64,000 bases of DNA. Origin: a bacterium (GTDB lineage: Bacteria > Electryoneota > Electryoneia > Electryoneales > Electryoneaceae). The translations under genes and the position numbers were made by a program. Shown piece after piece: positions 59,459-64,000 of the stretch. Each line of letters opens with the position of its first letter. The stretch's first letter is position 1. Below the pieces are notes generated by a model. That model searched no databases and was not told the origin of the DNA. It was given only the letters and a program-made list of their open reading frames with translations. The stretch covers positions 1,408,001 to 1,472,000 of the forward strand of contig CAXXKJ010000002.1 in assembly GCA_963675295.2 (NCBI GenBank). The letters run 5' to 3'.

Positions 59459-59676
59459 ATAGACCAATAGCCGAACCACAGAAACAAAACAAGAAACTAC
59501 TGCGCGCCTTGGGTATCCGCCACTCAGCACCAGATCGCTACCGCAGAATTGACTCTGCAAACGCAGGTCATGCTGGAGATACACCGTCGTCAGGTGGATC
59601 TAGCCAGGATTCCTTCATGCACGATCTGCGGCAAATGGATCAGATGTTTGACGAGTGGTGGCAGGGTCGGCGATGA
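59455..59676 (+). CDS. Small hypothetical protein
   Basis: GTGA overlap with upstream stop; 73 aa. Confidence 0.45.
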   Translation: MNRPIAEPQKQNKKLLRALGIRHSAPDRYRRIDSANAGHAGDTPSSGGSSQDSFMHDLRQMDQMFDEWWQGRR

Positions 59677-59844
59677 TAGTGAGCTGCGTTTTCTTCATCT
59701 ATTCCAAGACAAGTTGGCAAGACGTAGTAGTTGCTTCCCTTACTCCAAAACAAAAATGAAAAATCCGGAATGCCGGGCTAACATGCCAGATGCAGAAACC
59801 GTATATTGATATTCAGGGATCGATCTAAGCCACGCAGCTTGGGT

Positions 59845-59883
59845 CAGTATCTGGGGGAGGGAATCGTGAAAAAGCTCGTCATC
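59845..59883 (+). repeat. Cassette junction repeat J0
   Basis: cagtatctgggggagggaatcGTGaaaaagctcgtcatc; 37/39 identical to 62480-62518. Confidence 0.9.
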
Positions 59884-62466
59884 TTCTTTGTCGCCTTACT
59901 CATCGCTGGGTCAGCAGTAGCCCAGGACAGTCTGAATGTCAGCATGGTAGGGTCGACATATTCTCTTTGGCAAAATATGCACAATATTATTTGTTCCGGT
60001 GATTTTGCATATGTCAGTACAGGCGAAACGGGTCTTAGTATATATGATGTAAGCGATCCAGAGAACGCATTTGAAGTTGGCGGATTCGACCCACAAGCCG
60101 ATATTATAAATGCGGCAATTTTGGATTCAACCACCAGATTGATATGCCTTGGAACTGAATCAAGTGGACTTCTCATAGTTGATGCCAGTAATCCATCTGA
60201 ACCGATTCAAGTTGGGGCATGTGATTTTCCTGGTAGCATTTATGATATTTGTGTAAATGGGAATTATGCTTATGTGTCAAATCATGAATACGGTTTGCGT
60301 GTTATCGATTTTTCTAATCCCCAGCTACCTGTAGATATTGGTTTATACACAGTACCTGGACATACTGAATATGTAGAATGCCATAACAATTATTTATTTT
60401 TGACTAACAATAACTCTGGTATCAATGATGGACTTATTGTATTTGATATAAGCAATCCATTTTCGCTTATATATGTTGGATTATTGGATATTATGGGTGA
60501 TACAGGAAATATGGATATTATTAATGATTATATCTATATTATATCTAATGATAATTATTGTATAGGTATTGTCGATATTAATAATGCTATTTTACCTAAT
60601 ATTGTCGGTACTATTGAGACAGAAGGCCTATGCAGTGGCCTTGTTATTTCTGATTCTGTTTTATTTATTGAAGATCATTTAGGTAATGGATATGGAATAT
60701 ATATTTACGATATAAGTAATCCTACAAATCCTGTATTCAGAGCAGATCATCCTATTCAATCGTGGCCATACCATATTACAGCTAGTAATGATGTGTTATA
60801 TATTGGCTTTAAGAGTGTTTCATCATACACTGTTTGTTGGTTGCAATTAATTGATGTTAGCGATCCATCATCGCCATCCGATTTAACAACTTGCGGGAAC
60901 AAAGGTAGAATTTACTATTCTGCAATAAACGACAGTATAGCGTTTGTTACACTTCAAAGAGGAGGATTGGGTATTGTAAATATAGAAAATCCATCTGCTC
61001 CTTTTGAAATTATAAATATGGATATCAACACTACTAAAGATTTGGTCCTAATTGATGAATACTTATATTTGGCTGTTGATTGTGGATTATATGCTATAGA
61101 TGTGTCAGATCCATACAATCCATCCATTATTGGGGCTATATCTCTCGGTATTGTTCCATTAGATCATTTATTTGTAGCAAATAATATTGCTTATATAGTT
61201 CAAGGATCCGATGAATTAACCATGATCGATATAAATGACCCAAGTAGTTTAGTATTAATTGCTAGCTATGATACTAACTACCTTATTGATGATCTATATA
61301 TAGAAGATAACTATGCATTTGTAGCCGCCGATAATTCTGGATATCTCATATTAGATGTTAGCGATCCTTATTCCGTATTCGAAGTATCAATTTCAACCGT
61401 GCCTGGTAATGCCAATGATGTAGCCCTGGAAAATGGTTTCTCATACGTAGTTACTTCTGCTGGACTGAGTGTTTTTGATATTTCAGACCCATATTTTCCA
61501 GAAGATGTAGGTTTTTTAAGCATACCTGGATTCGCCAGACAAATAGAGATACAAGAATCATTTGCGTATTTAGCGATGGATAGTGGGGGTTTACATATTG
61601 TAAACATAAACAATCCCATAGAGCCTGTAGAAGTTGGCTTCTACGAAACACCCGGCACGGCTCGTGGGGTAGATGTGATGGATGGGTACGCTTATGTATC
61701 TGATTTCTACTATTACCACATACTAGATTGCAGAGACGCTATTGGATGGGAAGAACCACCAAACCTACTAGAAGTAAGTCTAACAGCACAAAATCCGCTG
61801 ATCGTTCCGCGTGGTAGCAGTTTTCAATATGAAGCCCTGGTAACGAGCAACCTTCCTTCACCATACAATGTAGACTTCTGGACGTATGTCAGCTTGCCCA
61901 ACGGTTCGCCTTATGGCCCGCTGCAACGGATCAACAACGTTCCGATGACACCAACGACAATCATCGGACCGGTCAACCTGGGTCTTGCTATTCCCCAGAC
62001 CGCCGTCCTGGGTGAGTACACCTTCCATATGCAGGCTGGACGATTCCCGGCAACGGTGGTCGGGGAAGACGAGTTCCCCTTTGAAGTGGTCGCAGCTACC
62101 GGCACAAACGGCCTGCCATCCAGCGATTGGTCCGCATGGGGACTGGACCAGCTACACCAGACTAGTAGCGAAGAAACGGTTACTGATGTGGCTACTCCCA
62201 CTACCTACTCGCTTGCCGGTGCGTATCCGAACCCGTTCAACGCGAGCACTACGCTGACCGTGAACCTGCCGGAGATAGCTGAATTGACCGTGGTCGTGTA
62301 CAACACGCTTGGCCAGGAGGTGGTGCGAATAGCGGACGGCACCATGTCAGCCGGTAGGCACGATTTCACCTTCAACGCCAGCACGTTATCCAGTGGTGTC
62401 TATTTTGTCCAGGTACAGGTACCAGGCAAACTGGACGAATTACAGAAGGTTGTTCTGATGAAATAG
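59866..62466 (+). CDS. Secreted LVIVD-repeat beta-propeller protein with Ig-like module and sorting CTD
   Basis: Signal peptide; many AYV...GL.I.DVSDP..P repeats; YPNPFN CTD. Confidence 0.9.
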   Translation: MKKLVIFFVALLIAGSAVAQDSLNVSMVGSTYSLWQNMHNIICSGDFAYVSTGETGLSIYDVSDPENAFEVGGFDPQADIINAAILDSTTRLICLGTESSGLLIVDASNPSEPIQVGACDFPGSIYDICVNGNYAYVSNHEYGLRVIDFSNPQLPVDIGLYTVPGHTEYVECHNNYLFLTNNNSGINDGLIVFDISNPFSLIYVGLLDIMGDTGNMDIINDYIYIISNDNYCIGIVDINNAILPNIVGTIETEGLCSGLVISDSVLFIEDHLGNGYGIYIYDISNPTNPVFRADHPIQSWPYHITASNDVLYIGFKSVSSYTVCWLQLIDVSDPSSPSDLTTCGNKGRIYYSAINDSIAFVTLQRGGLGIVNIENPSAPFEIINMDINTTKDLVLIDEYLYLAVDCGLYAIDVSDPYNPSIIGAISLGIVPLDHLFVANNIAYIVQGSDELTMIDINDPSSLVLIASYDTNYLIDDLYIEDNYAFVAADNSGYLILDVSDPYSVFEVSISTVPGNANDVALENGFSYVVTSAGLSVFDISDPYFPEDVGFLSIPGFARQIEIQESFAYLAMDSGGLHIVNINNPIEPVEVGFYETPGTARGVDVMDGYAYVSDFYYYHILDCRDAIGWEEPPNLLEVSLTAQNPLIVPRGSSFQYEALVTSNLPSPYNVDFWTYVSLPNGSPYGPLQRINNVPMTPTTIIGPVNLGLAIPQTAVLGEYTFHMQAGRFPATVVGEDEFPFEVVAATGTNGLPSSDWSAWGLDQLHQTSSEETVTDVATPTTYSLAGAYPNPFNASTTLTVNLPEIAELTVVVYNTLGQEVVRIADGTMSAGRHDFTFNASTLSSGVYFVQVQVPGKLDELQKVVLMK

Positions 62467-62518
62467 GCGGAAGTTCTGCCAGTATCTGGGGGAGAGAATC
62501 GTGAAAAAGCTCGCCATC
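62457..62518 (+). repeat. Cassette junction repeat J1
   Basis: gatgaaaTAGgcggaagttctgccagtatctgggggagagaatcGTGaaaaagctcgccatc. Confidence 0.9.
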
Positions 62519-63940
62519 CTACTTTGTGCCATTCTGATGTGCACCACTGCATCCGCGCAAGAATGGACCGAACACATGGTTGATGGCGACTTCCCTGTGG
62601 TGAGGTCTGTTTTCGCGTCGGATGTTGACGGTGACGGTGACGTCGATGTGCTGGGATCAAGAGGTGTGGGGATTACGTGGTGGGAAAACGATGATGGTTC
62701 AGGTACGCAGTGGACCGCACACACCGTAGACAACGGTGGTGCAGAATCGCTTTACGCAGCGGACGTAGACGGCGATGGTGACATGGATATTCTCGGAGCT
62801 GTGCCTTGGGATGACGAAATCGTGTGGTGGGAAAACGTCGATGGAGTGGGAACTCTCTGGGTCGAACACCCTTTGGATGGCGACTTTGAGAACGCAGGCT
62901 CAGTTCATGCGGCAGACGTTGACGGTGACGGCGACACGGATATACTTGGTGAGTCAACATCTGGTGAATACCCCATCATTTGGATGGAAAACGTTGATGG
63001 TGTGGGCTCTGAGTGGACCAGACACCCAGTGTATACCGACTTCAATCACGCAGCCTCTGTATATGCGACGGACATTGATGGTGACAGCGACACGGACGTG
63101 CTAGCTGCGGTGTATTATCCCGATAGTATCAGATGGTGGGAAAATATCCAAGGAGACGGCACGGAATGGACTGAACACATTGTGGATGATGTTTTCGGGT
63201 TAGCCGGCTTTACCGCTGAATGTGTGTATGCGGCGGACGTGAACGGTGACGGTTACATGGACGTTATTAATGTGGCGTATTATACAGACCAAGTAGCATG
63301 GTGGGAAAATATCCAAGGCGACGGCACAGAATGGACTGAACACATCGTGGACAGCTATTTCGATCAGGCGTATTCTGTACACGCCGCAGATCTTGATGGC
63401 GATGGTGATACGGACATTCTTGGGGCTCGGCATGGTTTCCGTGGGGGTTTCCGTTGGTGGGAGAACACCAATGCAGTAGGCACATCATGGACCGAACATA
63501 TCGTGCAAGAAATCTCTTGTGCCGAGGGCGGAGGACATTCCGTTTATGCGGCAGACGTTGACGGTGATGGCGATCCAGATGTGATCGGGGCAGTATCTGA
63601 TGACAACTATATCGCATGGTACGAGAATTCGCTGCAAACAACTGTCAATGAACACGTAGAAGGTGAGTACCTCCAACACTATGATCTGGTAGGTATCTAC
63701 CCCAATCCTCTCAACGGATTAGCGCGGGTTGATGTTCACCTGCCGAAGCCTGCCACGTTAACATTAGTAGTGTTCAACATCATGGGTCAACACGTTGCGA
63801 GTTTAGCCGACGGATCGTATACCACAGGAACCCACACTTTCACATTTGACGCCACCAACCTATCTAGCGGAATTTACTTCCTGCGAGCAACAGTACCTGG
63901 ACAGCTGGATCAGACACAGAAGCTGGTGCTGATGAAGTAG
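62501..63940 (+). CDS. Secreted FG-GAP/VCBS-repeat protein with sorting CTD
   Basis: Signal peptide; 7 ADVDGDGD.D...WWEN..G.GT.W.EH repeats; YPNPLN CTD. Confidence 0.9.
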   Translation: MKKLAILLCAILMCTTASAQEWTEHMVDGDFPVVRSVFASDVDGDGDVDVLGSRGVGITWWENDDGSGTQWTAHTVDNGGAESLYAADVDGDGDMDILGAVPWDDEIVWWENVDGVGTLWVEHPLDGDFENAGSVHAADVDGDGDTDILGESTSGEYPIIWMENVDGVGSEWTRHPVYTDFNHAASVYATDIDGDSDTDVLAAVYYPDSIRWWENIQGDGTEWTEHIVDDVFGLAGFTAECVYAADVNGDGYMDVINVAYYTDQVAWWENIQGDGTEWTEHIVDSYFDQAYSVHAADLDGDGDTDILGARHGFRGGFRWWENTNAVGTSWTEHIVQEISCAEGGGHSVYAADVDGDGDPDVIGAVSDDNYIAWYENSLQTTVNEHVEGEYLQHYDLVGIYPNPLNGLARVDVHLPKPATLTLVVFNIMGQHVASLADGSYTTGTHTFTFDATNLSSGIYFLRATVPGQLDQTQKLVLMK

Positions 63941-63978
63941 GCGGAGTTTTGCCTAGATCAGGGGGGAGATCATGAAAA
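63931..63978 (+). repeat. Cassette junction repeat J2 (diverged)
   Basis: gatgaagTAGgcggagttttgcctagatcaggggggagatcATGaaaa aligns with J1. Confidence 0.75.
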
Positions 63979-64000
63979 CTCTGGCGATCGTGCTTCTGGT
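63972..64000 (+). CDS. Start of next secreted protein (signal peptide only, partial)
   Basis: GGGAG RBS, MKTLAIVLL..., same junction context. Confidence 0.65.

Larger units (their letters stand above)
52701..64000. mobile_element. tRNA-Ser-integrated genomic island / satellite-like element (right end outside window)
   Basis: Integrase directly after tRNA 3' end, GC drop, xis/HTH genes, primase-helicase, iterons; no second copy of the tRNA 3' end seen in window. Confidence 0.85.

Noticed and set aside
63133-63351. Near-identical repeat pairs (also 41183/43217) as DGR template/variable repeats
   Set aside because: Mismatches are not confined to adenines of one copy and no reverse transcriptase is present in the window.
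59845-63978. Junction repeats as integron attC sites or CRISPR repeats
   Set aside because: No RYYYAAC...GTTRRRY palindromic structure, the integrase shows no evident IntI-specific insertion, and the repeats include RBS and coding sequence with whole genes between them.
52701-64000. attR direct repeat of the tRNA-Ser 3' end
   Set aside because: Not found by eye within the window; the element boundary is presumably further downstream.

Overview
High-GC (about 60% by eye) bacterial chromosome segment, probably from an FCB-superphylum lineage, inferred from the RpoC insert and many secreted proteins with a YPNPFN-type 'T9SS type A/Por-like' C-terminal sorting domain (CTD). Bases 1-27.3 kb hold a contiguous rpoB(partial)-rpoC-str-S10-spc-alpha superoperon. 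Its oddities are a 61-aa S14 that has lost the Zn ligands, insertions or extensions in L5, L6, L17 and L18, a heptamer-repeat patch between infA and rpmJ, and a covarying palindrome just after both rpoB and rpoA. Bases 27.5-52.6 kb are mixed: an EamA transporter, an orphan KS-AT polyketide synthase, a CpcT-like lipoprotein, alkaline phosphatase, a DUF3857/transglutaminase pair, two FG-GAP paralogs, orphan yidD, a candidate sRNA, metE-yitJ, a sulfotransferase and a degenerate DHH protein. At 52.6 kb a tRNA-Ser(TGA) is followed by a lower-GC integrative element that runs off the window end. It carries a tyrosine integrase, excisionase-like/HTH genes, a perfect sigma70 promoter, a primase-SF3 helicase and a TGACA iteron origin-like region. 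These are followed by a head-to-tail array of secreted CTD-protein cassettes joined by a conserved junction repeat, the first with an AT-rich passenger domain. This satellite-like replicon carrying a secreted-protein cassette array is the best candidate for a novel system. All assignments come from motif recognition; no database search was run.
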